Shown here piece after piece: positions 1 through 9,008 of a DNA stretch of 64,000 bases; the stretch's first letter is position 1; the number at the start of each line of letters is the position of its first letter. Location: the NCBI GenBank assembly GCA_025210155.1, contig JAOASE010000011.1, forward strand, positions 12,498 through 76,497, read 5' to 3'. The notes under the pieces are model-generated. The model had not been told where the DNA came from and did not search any database. It was given only the letters and a program-made list of their open reading frames with translations. The DNA comes from Alphaproteobacteria bacterium. Lineage in GTDB: Bacteria; Pseudomonadota; Alphaproteobacteria; Rs-D84; CASDRH01. Position numbers and translations under genes: made by a program.

Positions 1-1500
1 TATGAAGAAAATGGTGATATAAATTTTTATTTAACATTGTTTGCCGATAAAAAAAATAGAAATCGTATGAATTATATAAGAAAAGAAATTAGGGCTGGAT
101 TTGATGCTAATATTTCATTAGATTTAGATGTTAGAGAAAGAATATATTCAACATATTTAAAACCATTAAGAGATGCAGAAGAAGAATTATCTTCAGGAAG
201 ATATTCTAGACTATCTCATATTTTAAATAATTTTTTAAAGGATGATTCAAAATCTACCTTAAATGAGGATATTAAAAAATTCAATAATACTATTGAAGAA
301 TCACAAAAATCTGAAAAATATTTAGAAATTATAAGATCTCATTTAGAAAATCTTATTTTTGAGAAAGAAGAAAATTTAACATCTAAAGTTTCTTTATCCC
401 AAGGTAGAGAAGAAATTTTATATAAGGGATTATTGGAAAAGTTAAATTTAGAATTTTCTAGTATGGATAAACAAGGTTTAGGTTATCAAAATGCTTTGTA
501 TATAGCTGCAGAATTGCTTTTATTAAATCAAGAAGAAGATATTTCTTCATTTTTAATTATTGAAGAACCTGAGGCTCATTTACATCCTCAGCTTCAAATG
601 AAATTTCTATCATATATAATGAAAATGTTAAATTCTGAATTTAAAAATAAAATTCAAATATTTATAACTACACATTCTCCTAATATAGCATCTAAAGTAA
701 ATCCTGGAAAAATTATTTTATCAACTCATAAAAATAATAAAATAGAAATGTATTCGTTAAGAAAAGAAGAAACTAAACTAAATGAAGAAGATTATATTTA
801 TTTGCAAAAATTTCTAGATATTACTAAATCTAATATGTTTTTTGCTAAAGGTATTTTAATGGTTGAAGGACCTAGTGAGGAAATACTGATTCCGTCAATA
901 GCTAAGGCTATAGGTTATAATTTAGAAGACTATGGCGTTGCAATTGTTAATGTTAACGGAGTTGGATTTTCTAGATTTTCAGATATTTTTATTAGATCAA
1001 ATGAAGATAGTGAAAAGATAAAAATACCTATATCTGTAGTAACGGATTTAGATTTACATAGATATTTTTGTGATGAAGATTCCAATTTAACTTCAGTAAG
1101 AGCTAAAAAGAAGCATGATGGAACTTATAAAACTTATGATTTGAAAGAGTATAGAGCAGAAAGGGAAAAATCTGAAGGAAATGTTAAAAATTTTATTTCA
1201 GCTTATAGATCTTTAGAAATTGATATATTTCACTCTTCTTTGAAGGATGAATTTTTAAAAATAGTAGAAGATTTCGATTATTCTTCTCATGATACAATGA
1301 AAGAAAGTTATAAAAATATAAAAAATAAAACAGATATTGCATATTTCTTATCAAAACAATTAGAGTCTAAAATAGATGCTTGTTTAAAATGTAAAGAATG
1401 TGATATTTCAGCTTTAAATTCTTGTATGTTGTCTGGTTTACCTAAATATATTACGGAGGCTATAAAATATTCTTGTAGAAAAGATTTAAATGAAGAGTAA
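1..1500 (+). CDS. gajA: OLD-family ABC-ATPase/TOPRIM nuclease, GajA-like. The 5' end is cut by the window edge.
   Basis: Frame 1 is open from nt 1, so the TTG at 37 is not the true start. Motifs seen: Walker B/D-loop FLIIEEPEAHLHPQLQ, H-loop ITTHSP, TOPRIM Glu in MVEGPSEE, and DxD in VVTDLD. An overlapping UvrD-like helicase follows. Confidence 0.75.
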   Translation, partial: YEENGDINFYLTLFADKKNRNRMNYIRKEIRAGFDANISLDLDVRERIYSTYLKPLRDAEEELSSGRYSRLSHILNNFLKDDSKSTLNEDIKKFNNTIEESQKSEKYLEIIRSHLENLIFEKEENLTSKVSLSQGREEILYKGLLEKLNLEFSSMDKQGLGYQNALYIAAELLLLNQEEDISSFLIIEEPEAHLHPQLQMKFLSYIMKMLNSEFKNKIQIFITTHSPNIASKVNPGKIILSTHKNNKIEMYSLRKEETKLNEEDYIYLQKFLDITKSNMFFAKGILMVEGPSEEILIPSIAKAIGYNLEDYGVAIVNVNGVGFSRFSDIFIRSNEDSEKIKIPISVVTDLDLHRYFCDEDSNLTSVRAKKKHDGTYKTYDLKEYRAEREKSEGNVKNFISAYRSLEIDIFHSSLKDEFLKIVEDFDYSSHDTMKESYKNIKNKTDIAYFLSKQLESKIDACLKCKECDISALNSCMLSGLPKYITEAIKYSCRKDLNEE

Positions 1501-3496
1501 TATAATGAAAGATATTTTAGAGATTAATGAAGAACAAATTATGGGCTATTTAAGTAGATTAAATCTAGTAGCTGATGAAAAACAAATAGAATTTATAAAA
1601 AATCTTGATACATTGGATATACATGCGGTTCCTGGAGCTGGTAAAACAACTATGCTTGGAATAAAAATAGCATGCCTTTTAGATAATTGGAAAAAATTAC
1701 CTAACCAAAATCATGGTATGTGTATTCTCTCCCATACAAATACAGCAAAAGATGAAATATTAAAAATATTAAAAAAATTAGATCATATAGAGAAAATTAA
1801 AAATTTTCCTCATTTTGTTGGAACTATACAAGAATTTGTAAATAAATTTGGAGGAATACCATATATTAAATCTCAACATTGGAAGTTATCAAGAATTGTT
1901 GAAGAATCTAATTTAGAACTATTGAATAAAAATGTAATTAAATATAAAAATTTTGATATAAATGCTTTTTTTAAAGAAGTACATAACAAAAAATCTAAAA
2001 AGAAATTAAATAAAAATATATATCCAATATCATATTTTTTAGAAACATTTAATAGAAAGGGGAAAATAAAAGAGTCTGATTTTTGTTATACATTTAATAA
2101 TGGAAAATTAACTCTTTTAAAATTTGAGGAAATATTTTCTCATATAGATGATTTGTATAATTATAAAAATGAATGCTGTAAAAGAGGTTTATTTTATTAT
2201 AAAGATTTTTATGCTTTCTTTAATGAAATTATTTATAATCATCCTAATTTAGTAAGAGCTATATCCTTAAGATTTCCAATTTGTTTTATTGATGAATATC
2301 AAGATAATACTAAAACTCAAGATGAATTATTAGAAAAACTATTTTCCAAACATTCTATATTTCAACGAATTGGGGATCCAAATCAATCAATATATGATAT
2401 TGAAAATGATAATGAAGAAAATTCTTTTAATCAAAATTCTCGTCATTATTTAGCTGGAGGGCTTCTTCCAAATTTAGACATGTTATCTTCTTATCGTTTT
2501 AAAGGTTCAAATATAGAAAATTTACTTCAAATATTTTCAAAAAATAATATTGAAAGCAATGCTGTAGGTGTAATGGGAAAAGATACTGTTATTAAAATAA
2601 TACCTATTAATATATCCTATGAAAAGCAAAACGATAGAGCGGATAACTATGGAAATGAATTAATAGATATTAAAAATAAATATATTAAAATAATTAAAGA
2701 AACCTTTTCAGATAAAGTTCAAGATTTTAATTTTGATAAAGATGGTCAAATAAAATATTTTTCTATTGGAGCATCAGGTAAAGATAAAGATAAAATTCAT
2801 ATACAAAAATATTTGGATACTTATGATAAAAAGAAATCAGAAAAAAATTTTCGTCCTAAGTATTGGATAGATTGTTTTTATTTAATTGAGAAAAAAATAA
2901 AAGAAAAAAATGATTTCAAAGAATATTATGATCTTATAATAGATACGTTAGCTAAAAATTCTTTGTTGGAGAATATTAAAACAACATCTCAATTAAAGAA
3001 TTTTTTAAAATCAGAAGATAAATTGTTTAAATTTAATAAAATTTTATTTGAATTAATTAGTCTTGAAAAAAGTGAAAAATTATGGAAAGAAAAATTAAAT
3101 ATAATTAAAGATTTTATTAATATAGATATTAATAAAGAGTATTTTAAATTTAAAGATTCAGATATTGATGATAATGATCATATAAATAATATTTATGAAG
3201 AAGATAATATTAAAATTAAGTTTGATACAATTCATGGAATTAAAGGACAAACTCATAATGCTACATTAGTTTTAACGACTGAAAATGATGGATTTGATAT
3301 AGAGAAAATTATTGAAAAAAGAAATTATAAAAATGATGATAAAAAGTTTGGGAAAAATAATTTTAAAAGAATAAAAAATTGGTATGTAGCGGCTTCTCGT
3401 CCTAAATATTTATTGTGTTTAGCAATACCTAAATCAGTTATAGAAAATAAAAACTTTCCAGAAAATTGGAAAAATTTTATATATGAGGAAAATTAA
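1490..3496 (+). CDS. gajB: UvrD/PcrA-like SF1 helicase, GajB-like
   Basis: Motifs seen: Walker A AVPGAGKTT, motif II CFIDEYQD, and late motif IHGIKGQTHNATLV. ATG 1490 overlaps the gajA TAA (1498-1500). An alternative ATG lies at 1505. Confidence 0.75.
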   Translation: MKSNIMKDILEINEEQIMGYLSRLNLVADEKQIEFIKNLDTLDIHAVPGAGKTTMLGIKIACLLDNWKKLPNQNHGMCILSHTNTAKDEILKILKKLDHIEKIKNFPHFVGTIQEFVNKFGGIPYIKSQHWKLSRIVEESNLELLNKNVIKYKNFDINAFFKEVHNKKSKKKLNKNIYPISYFLETFNRKGKIKESDFCYTFNNGKLTLLKFEEIFSHIDDLYNYKNECCKRGLFYYKDFYAFFNEIIYNHPNLVRAISLRFPICFIDEYQDNTKTQDELLEKLFSKHSIFQRIGDPNQSIYDIENDNEENSFNQNSRHYLAGGLLPNLDMLSSYRFKGSNIENLLQIFSKNNIESNAVGVMGKDTVIKIIPINISYEKQNDRADNYGNELIDIKNKYIKIIKETFSDKVQDFNFDKDGQIKYFSIGASGKDKDKIHIQKYLDTYDKKKSEKNFRPKYWIDCFYLIEKKIKEKNDFKEYYDLIIDTLAKNSLLENIKTTSQLKNFLKSEDKLFKFNKILFELISLEKSEKLWKEKLNIIKDFINIDINKEYFKFKDSDIDDNDHINNIYEEDNIKIKFDTIHGIKGQTHNATLVLTTENDGFDIEKIIEKRNYKNDDKKFGKNNFKRIKNWYVAASRPKYLLCLAIPKSVIENKNFPENWKNFIYEEN

Positions 3497-3497
3497 T

Positions 3498-3938
3498 ATG
3501 ATAAATAATAAATATTTAAATGATATTTTAAGTGAATTGCCTCTTAATTTAAAAACTAATATAGATGGATATATGAGATCCATAGAAAATAGTTTAGATG
3601 AAATCTTTCTACCATTCATTAATAATTCAAAAAAAAATATAAATAAAGAAATTGTTGATAAATTTTTATTTTTAATATTACTTAGAAAAATAAAAGCAAC
3701 TATAAAGACTCAAATTTTAATTTTAAGTAATAGCTTATCTATATCTAATAAAGATATAAAAAATAATTTTGGCTTTCAAACAGGAAAAAAGATCTATAGT
3801 AAATCATCTAAGGAATTTAAAGAGTTATCTAAATTAGAAATGGAATTTGACTCTTTAATTTTAAAGTTAGATTTAAATCATTATATTTATTCGTCTTCAC
3901 CTTCCAACCTTTTAGAAATACTTTATGAGGAATTATAA
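3498..3938 (+). CDS. Hypothetical helical protein (146 aa), coupled to the helicase
   Basis: ATG 3498 lies 1 nt after the helicase TAA and downstream of GAGGA. The track start at 3483 would overlap the helicase. No motif was recognised. Confidence 0.5.
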   Translation: MINNKYLNDILSELPLNLKTNIDGYMRSIENSLDEIFLPFINNSKKNINKEIVDKFLFLILLRKIKATIKTQILILSNSLSISNKDIKNNFGFQTGKKIYSKSSKEFKELSKLEMEFDSLILKLDLNHYIYSSSPSNLLEILYEEL

Positions 3939-3939
3939 C

Positions 3940-4665
3940 ATGGATTTAAATAAAATAACTAAAGAATTAAAAAAATTTATAAGAAAGCATAAATCTAAAT
4001 TTGAAGAAATTCCTAAAAGAGAAACTGCTATATTAGAAATAGGTGCTTTAGCTACAACCGCAGAATATTATAAAAATAATGGATATTTAGTATCTACAAA
4101 AAATTTAAAAAATGGTAATTTTAAAGTCAAAATGGGAGCAAGAGGTAATCCTTATAATTTTTCTTGGTTTACATGTGAAAAAGATAATATTAAATTTGAA
4201 ATTCATTCTAATTTATCAGTTTATGATGGATATAATGAAAATGGAGTTTATGTTGTTGACGTTGGAATTTGTAATTCAAAAAAAGTAGAAGAGCTTTCTT
4301 CTTTGGATAAAGGTGTTATTAAAGCAATAAAAAATAAAGATTTAATAACATTTATAGAGGTTAAAAAATTAGTAGTTTATCCTATGTTATTAGCTCAGTT
4401 TGTTGGTATAGTTCATGAACTACAACCATTTTTCTTAAAGGGAAAACTGCCAGATAATTTTGAGAAAAAAAAGCATTTCTACCCAACTTTAATAGCAACT
4501 CAATATCTTAGTGGGACAACGAGTAAAATAATAGATGATTTTAAAAAAAGAAATTATAAAATTAGTATTATATGGAATTTTGAAAATAGAATTTTTGATT
4601 TAAATCTAACAGGAAGAAATTTATTTTCTAATGAAAGGTCGGATCTAGAAATTGATATTTCTTAA
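3940..4665 (+). CDS. Putative PD-(D/E)xK nuclease-fold protein (241 aa)
   Basis: ATG 3940 lies 1 nt after the upstream TAA, with a GAGGA RBS (track start 3925). The order E (ILEIGA), D (YVVDVGI), ExK (FIEVKK) fits a restriction-endonuclease-like core. Confidence 0.45.
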   Translation: MDLNKITKELKKFIRKHKSKFEEIPKRETAILEIGALATTAEYYKNNGYLVSTKNLKNGNFKVKMGARGNPYNFSWFTCEKDNIKFEIHSNLSVYDGYNENGVYVVDVGICNSKKVEELSSLDKGVIKAIKNKDLITFIEVKKLVVYPMLLAQFVGIVHELQPFFLKGKLPDNFEKKKHFYPTLIATQYLSGTTSKIIDDFKKRNYKISIIWNFENRIFDLNLTGRNLFSNERSDLEIDIS

Positions 4666-5118
4666 ATTATAAAAAATTTTTTTAACAACTTTAGCATATT
4701 TATTAAAATTTCTATGAAGGTCAGTTATTTCTTTGAACTGACCTTCTGAATTAATTATATAAATAGTTTGTCGTCTAAGGAGAATATCTAATTCATTTAT
4801 AATCTTAGTTTTACCTTGTTTATCTGAAGGTTTATTTTTATTTAAGATATAGTAAGTGGATTTTAATTTATACTTAGTTCTCACTAAGCTCTCAATGTTT
4901 TTTAAACTATCTTCAGTTTTGATTAAAGATATTGATGTATTCTCAAGTTTTCTCGTTAATTTTAAGAATACATCATTTTCTATCTTTAACCAAGTTGAAG
5001 CAATATTTTTAGAAATCAATTTTTTCTCGGAAGGGGACAAGTCTTTTAACCTTAAATCGTTAATATTCTTTTTCCAATCTAAACTATCTCTACCTAAAAA
5101 CAATCTTATTATCCCCAT
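4645..5118 (-). CDS. Hypothetical protein (157 aa)
   Basis: Long ORF whose start overlaps the stop of the upstream membrane-protein gene (5109-5118), so the two form a two-gene operon. No motif was recognised. Confidence 0.5.
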   Translation of the reverse strand: MGIIRLFLGRDSLDWKKNINDLRLKDLSPSEKKLISKNIASTWLKIENDVFLKLTRKLENTSISLIKTEDSLKNIESLVRTKYKLKSTYYILNKNKPSDKQGKTKIINELDILLRRQTIYIINSEGQFKEITDLHRNFNKYAKVVKKIFYNLRNINF

Positions 5119-5453
5119 CTTCTATTAATAATCCATAAAATTATAAGTGCCGACAATAATATCACTATAGGACTAATTACTACAAAAAATATTACTTTAA
5201 ATATATTAAATTTATTTCTATAATCAATAGCATCTTCTGCTTTAATAGCTGAATAAAAACCAAATAAAAGATATAAAATTATTTCATAAAAAGCAAAGTT
5301 TACATATCCTTCAATCTGCAAAATAAATCCTATTACTGACAGTAAAGTAAATAAACATAACATAGTATTTGCTATAAACAATTCTCCATAACCTGAAAAA
5401 TACATAGGTTGAAATATAAATGCCTTTAAGTTAAATTTTTTTATATTGTCCAT
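5109..5453 (-). CDS. Small three-TM membrane protein (114 aa)
   Basis: ATG 5453 is preceded by AAAGGAG. The track start at 5486 is a GTG inside the leader terminator hairpin. Three hydrophobic helices are present. The N-terminus FNLKAFIFQPMYF loosely resembles DUF2628-type proteins. Confidence 0.6.
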   Translation of the reverse strand: MDNIKKFNLKAFIFQPMYFSGYGELFIANTMLCLFTLLSVIGFILQIEGYVNFAFYEIILYLLFGFYSAIKAEDAIDYRNKFNIFKVIFFVVISPIVILLSALIILWIINRRWG

Positions 5454-5472
5454 AATTTTACTCCTTTTATAT

Positions 5473-5503
5473 AAAAAAAAATCCACGAGTAAAATACTAG
5501 TGG
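5473..5503 (-). terminator. Intrinsic terminator/attenuator at the 3' end of leader RNA copy A
   Basis: The minus strand reads CCACTAGTattttACTCGTGG followed by a run of 9 T, then AAAGGAG and the ATG of 5109..5453. Confidence 0.55.
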
Positions 5504-5672
5504 ACTGGGAGTTCGTAACTGAAATACAACAGTGCGGGCTTTTAGCTTACGCCTGGACATAACCCTGCCTCCCAGTCCCTAAGAACAAAGAAGGCAGTTT
5601 TTTGATTTCGGTCTTCATCTTTTCAGACACTGCTCATGACCGTGTATTTAGAGGTTACGACACCCCAATCGA
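5473..5672 (-). ncRNA. Unclassified structured leader RNA, copy A (paralog of 45502..45696)
   Basis: Blocks shared with copy B (minus strand): TCGATTGGGGT, TCGTARCCTCT, GACCGAAATCAAAAA, CTGCCTT, GACTGGGAGG, ATGTCCAGG, GCACTGT, CAGTTACGAACTCCCAGTC. Helices with compensatory changes are present. A TATAAT (5675-5680) lies just upstream. Confidence 0.55.
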
Positions 5673-5826
5673 GTATTATACTCAATCTGAATAAATTATA
5701 ATATATTTTCAAAACAAATTCAAATAAAAAGTATATTTAAGAAGGTTTTCTTAAATGCATTAAACTCTTGCAATTACTATTCTTAGTTGATACAACATAT
5801 TTATAAAAAATTGGGAAAGATATAAA

Positions 5827-6753
5827 ATGAAAGAACCTATGCATATAAAAGATGAACCTATAACTTCATCAGAAAATGATTTACTAAATTATAAAAGGTA
5901 TTTAAAACCTTTAAAAAAAGCTATTTTAAAGTATTCTGAAGCTGGTGGTGGTTTTTTACAAATAGATGGAAAGTGGGGAATAGGAAAATCATCAGTAAAA
6001 AAACTATTTATTGATGACATTGAAAATAAAAAAATATCTAAAAATTATAATATATTAGATATCGATGCATCTAAATACGGAAATTCTAAAGAATTAAATT
6101 TAGGGATTTTAAAAAAAATTATATATAAAAATAAAAAAAGTTCCTATATCTTTACATTAAATTTAATTTATCTTTTCACATTATCAATACTCATAAAAAT
6201 CTTTCTTTTCCCTTCATCTGCATATAAAACAACATGTAATTTTTTAAATATAATTTTTAACGGACAGCTGTGTTTTAACAGTATTTATTTCAATATTATT
6301 TATATTACATCTCTTATAATTTTAATATACTTTACTAGTATTAAAAGTTTTAAATTAACTACCTTAACAGCACTATATTATAATTCAAAATCCCCATATA
6401 AAATTTTCGAAGGATTTATCAAAATATCACCTTCAGATTTAATAGATGAAACTAAAAAAAATATAATTTTTATAGATGATGTTGATAGAATTACAAATCA
6501 CAAATATTTAATGGATTTATTTAAAGTTTGTAGAGAAAATTTTAATAAGAACTTCATTATAATATATTTATTTGATACTCAAAAAATGACAGAATTATTA
6601 TCTTATAAAGAAAATGAGAAATATTCACAAGATTTCTTTGAAAAATATATAAATTATAAATTATATATAAAAATGGAGCATAAGGATAAATATAATTTAA
6701 TAACAACTTTAGTAAAAAATAATAATCTTAATTTGACAAAAAGAGGAAGTTAA
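5827..6753 (+). CDS. KAP-family P-loop NTPase, N-terminal part (Walker A, TM insert, Walker B)
   Basis: Motifs seen: Walker A DGKWGIGKSS, two to three hydrophobic helices inserted in the NTPase domain (the KAP hallmark), and Walker B IIFIDDVDR. The ORF ends 1 nt before the next ORF, which is in another frame. Confidence 0.6.
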   Translation: MKEPMHIKDEPITSSENDLLNYKRYLKPLKKAILKYSEAGGGFLQIDGKWGIGKSSVKKLFIDDIENKKISKNYNILDIDASKYGNSKELNLGILKKIIYKNKKSSYIFTLNLIYLFTLSILIKIFLFPSSAYKTTCNFLNIIFNGQLCFNSIYFNIIYITSLIILIYFTSIKSFKLTTLTALYYNSKSPYKIFEGFIKISPSDLIDETKKNIIFIDDVDRITNHKYLMDLFKVCRENFNKNFIIIYLFDTQKMTELLSYKENEKYSQDFFEKYINYKLYIKMEHKDKYNLITTLVKNNNLNLTKRGS

Positions 6754-6754
6754 C

Positions 6755-8356
6755 ATGACTAATAAAAATGAAGATGTTCTTAAAGATATTTTACTAGCCT
6801 TTGTTAAAGACAATCCAAGAGATATAAAAAACATAATAAACAACATTGAAATAAATTTAGAATTAATTCCTTTTCATTTATACTACAATGAAGAAATAAA
6901 CTATCAAAATATATTTTTATCTGAAATCCTTCATTACTATAATCCAGAAATATATAATTTAATATTTATTGGTGATAATGGAGATGAATTTTTTAAATTA
7001 CTTAATGAACTATATGATATAGTAATTTCAAAATCTAAGAGATTTCTTTTATTAATAAGGGGAAAAGATAAAAAAAATATAATAACAGATCATAAAAAAA
7101 ATCCAATAATAGAAACTAGTATTTCTAATTTAGAAAAAATTCAAAATATACTTAAAAAACAAAATATATTTATAAGCTCTGATAATGGAATAGATTTTAC
7201 AATTGAAACCAATAATAATTTAAAATTATTAGAACTAATAAATAAAATTTATAGAAGTGAATTAATAAATTCTTTTTCAACTTATCATTTAATAAAAAAT
7301 ATTAATAGTGAAAACTATGTAACAAGTTTAATGTTTCATGATATAAAATATAAAAATAAAATTGAAAATTTTATAAAAATAAATACATATAGATTATATG
7401 AAGAATTTATTGAAAAATTTTTAGTTTTCAATCTACTTTTTGATAAAAAATATAATAAAAATTACTTAAAAAAATATTCTCAGCTTATAATTAATAATTT
7501 AAAGAATTATAAAAGTGAAAATTTCGAAGAATTTAATTTGATAGATAAATTTATTTATAAAATTAGCACCATACCTTTTCATATATCTAATAAAATTATA
7601 GAAAAGAAAAAGCTACAATCAGAAGGTCACCTAAGAGAATATATTTTTAATAAATTTAAAAATAAAAAAGAATTTTTTGAAATAATAGAAAATTTAAGAG
7701 AAGTTTTTAAAGACAAAGATTATGAATATTTAAAATATAAATTTTCTGGACAGAAAATTAAAGATTTCAACTCGAATCAAAGTACAATTTCTAAAAAAAT
7801 ATTAAATAAATCATTTAAAATAATGGAAGTTGATTCCTCTATAGATTTAATACAAATGAATTTATATTTATTAACATCATTTCTTAAAGAGCCAATAAAA
7901 ATAAATATTTATAGAGCTTCTTTATTAAGAGAAGATTTTTTCAAGGAAAATAATGAAACTTTAATCTCTTCTATAAAAAATAAATTAGCTAAATTTTATA
8001 ATGATGATTCAAAATCAGATAAAACATTAATTAAACTAAATAAAAATGCTCCAAAATGGCTACGCCTATTCAATTCTACCATAACTGAATTTTATAAAGT
8101 CACAAACTTAGAAAAAATTAAAGATATTAAAAATTATTTTAATCAATTATTAAATCATCCTCTAAACAAAAAAACATATTTAAGCGAAGAAGATTTAACT
8201 ATTAAATTAAAAACTTATCAAGAAATGATGAATGATAAATTTCACTTAAAAGAAATATCTAGAGTATCAATAGGTGAATATGCTGAACTTTGGATTAAAT
8301 ACTTAGATATAATAAATAAATTTTATATAGAAGTAGAAGAAACTCCTATAGTTTAA
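6755..8356 (+). CDS. KAP-family NTPase, C-terminal continuation (533 aa)
   Basis: It begins with DNPRDIKNIINNI, matching the conserved NPRxIKR motif that follows Walker B in KAP NTPases. A long helical tail follows. Confidence 0.5.
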   Translation: MTNKNEDVLKDILLAFVKDNPRDIKNIINNIEINLELIPFHLYYNEEINYQNIFLSEILHYYNPEIYNLIFIGDNGDEFFKLLNELYDIVISKSKRFLLLIRGKDKKNIITDHKKNPIIETSISNLEKIQNILKKQNIFISSDNGIDFTIETNNNLKLLELINKIYRSELINSFSTYHLIKNINSENYVTSLMFHDIKYKNKIENFIKINTYRLYEEFIEKFLVFNLLFDKKYNKNYLKKYSQLIINNLKNYKSENFEEFNLIDKFIYKISTIPFHISNKIIEKKKLQSEGHLREYIFNKFKNKKEFFEIIENLREVFKDKDYEYLKYKFSGQKIKDFNSNQSTISKKILNKSFKIMEVDSSIDLIQMNLYLLTSFLKEPIKINIYRASLLREDFFKENNETLISSIKNKLAKFYNDDSKSDKTLIKLNKNAPKWLRLFNSTITEFYKVTNLEKIKDIKNYFNQLLNHPLNKKTYLSEEDLTIKLKTYQEMMNDKFHLKEISRVSIGEYAELWIKYLDIINKFYIEVEETPIV

Positions 8357-8396
8357 ATATATAAAAATATCTATATAAGTGATTTTAATTTCAAAA

Positions 8397-8954
8397 CTAC
8401 TTCAATGACTTCAGAAATTCATCTGGAGTCATATTCCATACATTATCTTCATTCTTATAAAGTTTGTCTAATTTCTTTGCCTTTTTATCATCTACAATTG
8501 CTTTTTCAATTACATTCATTAATTCTGGAGCTGAAGATTCAATAATACCTTCATTAGTCTTAAATCTAACGACCCTAATTTTACTTCCACCCCTAGAAAA
8601 TAAACTCTTATAAATTCTATTTACTGTTTTATCATAAAATTTTAAAAAATCAGAAGTAACCTTGTCTAATTTAACACGTTTATCTATTTTTCTATCTTCT
8701 AAAACTATTATAACATTTTTAGGGTTTACTAAATTAATTCGTTTCCTAGCCTCTTTTAATACTTCTAACGTTGTAAATTTTTTTGTTATAATTAGAAAAA
8801 AAAGCTTCTCTTGATTATCATTACCATATAAATTTAATAAATTTTTATGCTTATCTCCCGTTTCAGAAATATAAGCCACAAGAGTATCTCTATTTCTAAA
8901 ATTTCTAACTAAAGCTTTTAACGTAATTTTTAATGTATCTCTTTTAATTTTCAT
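8397..8954 (-). CDS. Hypothetical protein (185 aa)
   Basis: Long ORF immediately downstream of the integrase on the same strand. No motif was recognised. Confidence 0.45.
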   Translation of the reverse strand: MKIKRDTLKITLKALVRNFRNRDTLVAYISETGDKHKNLLNLYGNDNQEKLFFLIITKKFTTLEVLKEARKRINLVNPKNVIIVLEDRKIDKRVKLDKVTSDFLKFYDKTVNRIYKSLFSRGGSKIRVVRFKTNEGIIESSAPELMNVIEKAIVDDKKAKKLDKLYKNEDNVWNMTPDEFLKSLK

Positions 8955-9008
8955 TATTATCTCCTGTATAAATACCTTACCATATATTAATATAAATTTA
9001 CATACCTT

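Noticed and set aside
3434-3619. Short antisense or overlapping ORFs. These are 3434..3619, 4856..5128, 11261..11533, 12460..12660, 21611..21844, 23477..23680, 24292..24531, 24920..25159, 24934..25146, 25396..25581, 27576..27836, 29794..29979, 37070..37330, 37421..37708, 44703..44921, 45008..45214, 45237..45449, 55492..55692, 56439..56741, 61489..61674, 61703..61942 and 62865..63065.
   Set aside because: All are embedded in or antisense to longer ORFs with clear motifs. They have low-complexity Leu/Ile/Phe/Asn-rich translations typical of shadow frames in AT-rich DNA, and they lack an RBS.
5454-5486. Upstream GTG start of the 125-aa ORF.
   Set aside because: The GTG lies inside the leader terminator stem, and the extension reads through the T-run (MDFFLYKRS). 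ATG 5453 has a proper AAAGGAG RBS.
5473-5672. Cobalamin riboswitch. The minus strand of copy B reads GGGAATGTCCAGGTGC...AAATACCGGCACTGT, which is reminiscent of the GGGAA..GGTG..ACTGT core.
   Set aside because: Copy A has GGGTT and GGCG at the supposedly invariant positions. The only ACCTGCC (B12-box-like) tract lies 5' of the core instead of 3'. The downstream genes are unrelated to cobalamin. I also compared ydaO, yybP, ykkC, M-box and L-box consensus features from memory and found no consistent match.
5473-5672. MITE, suggested by terminal inverted repeats GGGAGTTCGTAAC / GYTACGAMACCCC in two copies.
   Set aside because: This is not fully excluded. However, no target-site duplications are visible and the copies are only about 70 percent identical, with pairing-preserving changes. 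Both also occupy the same position and orientation relative to a promoter, a terminator and a downstream start codon.
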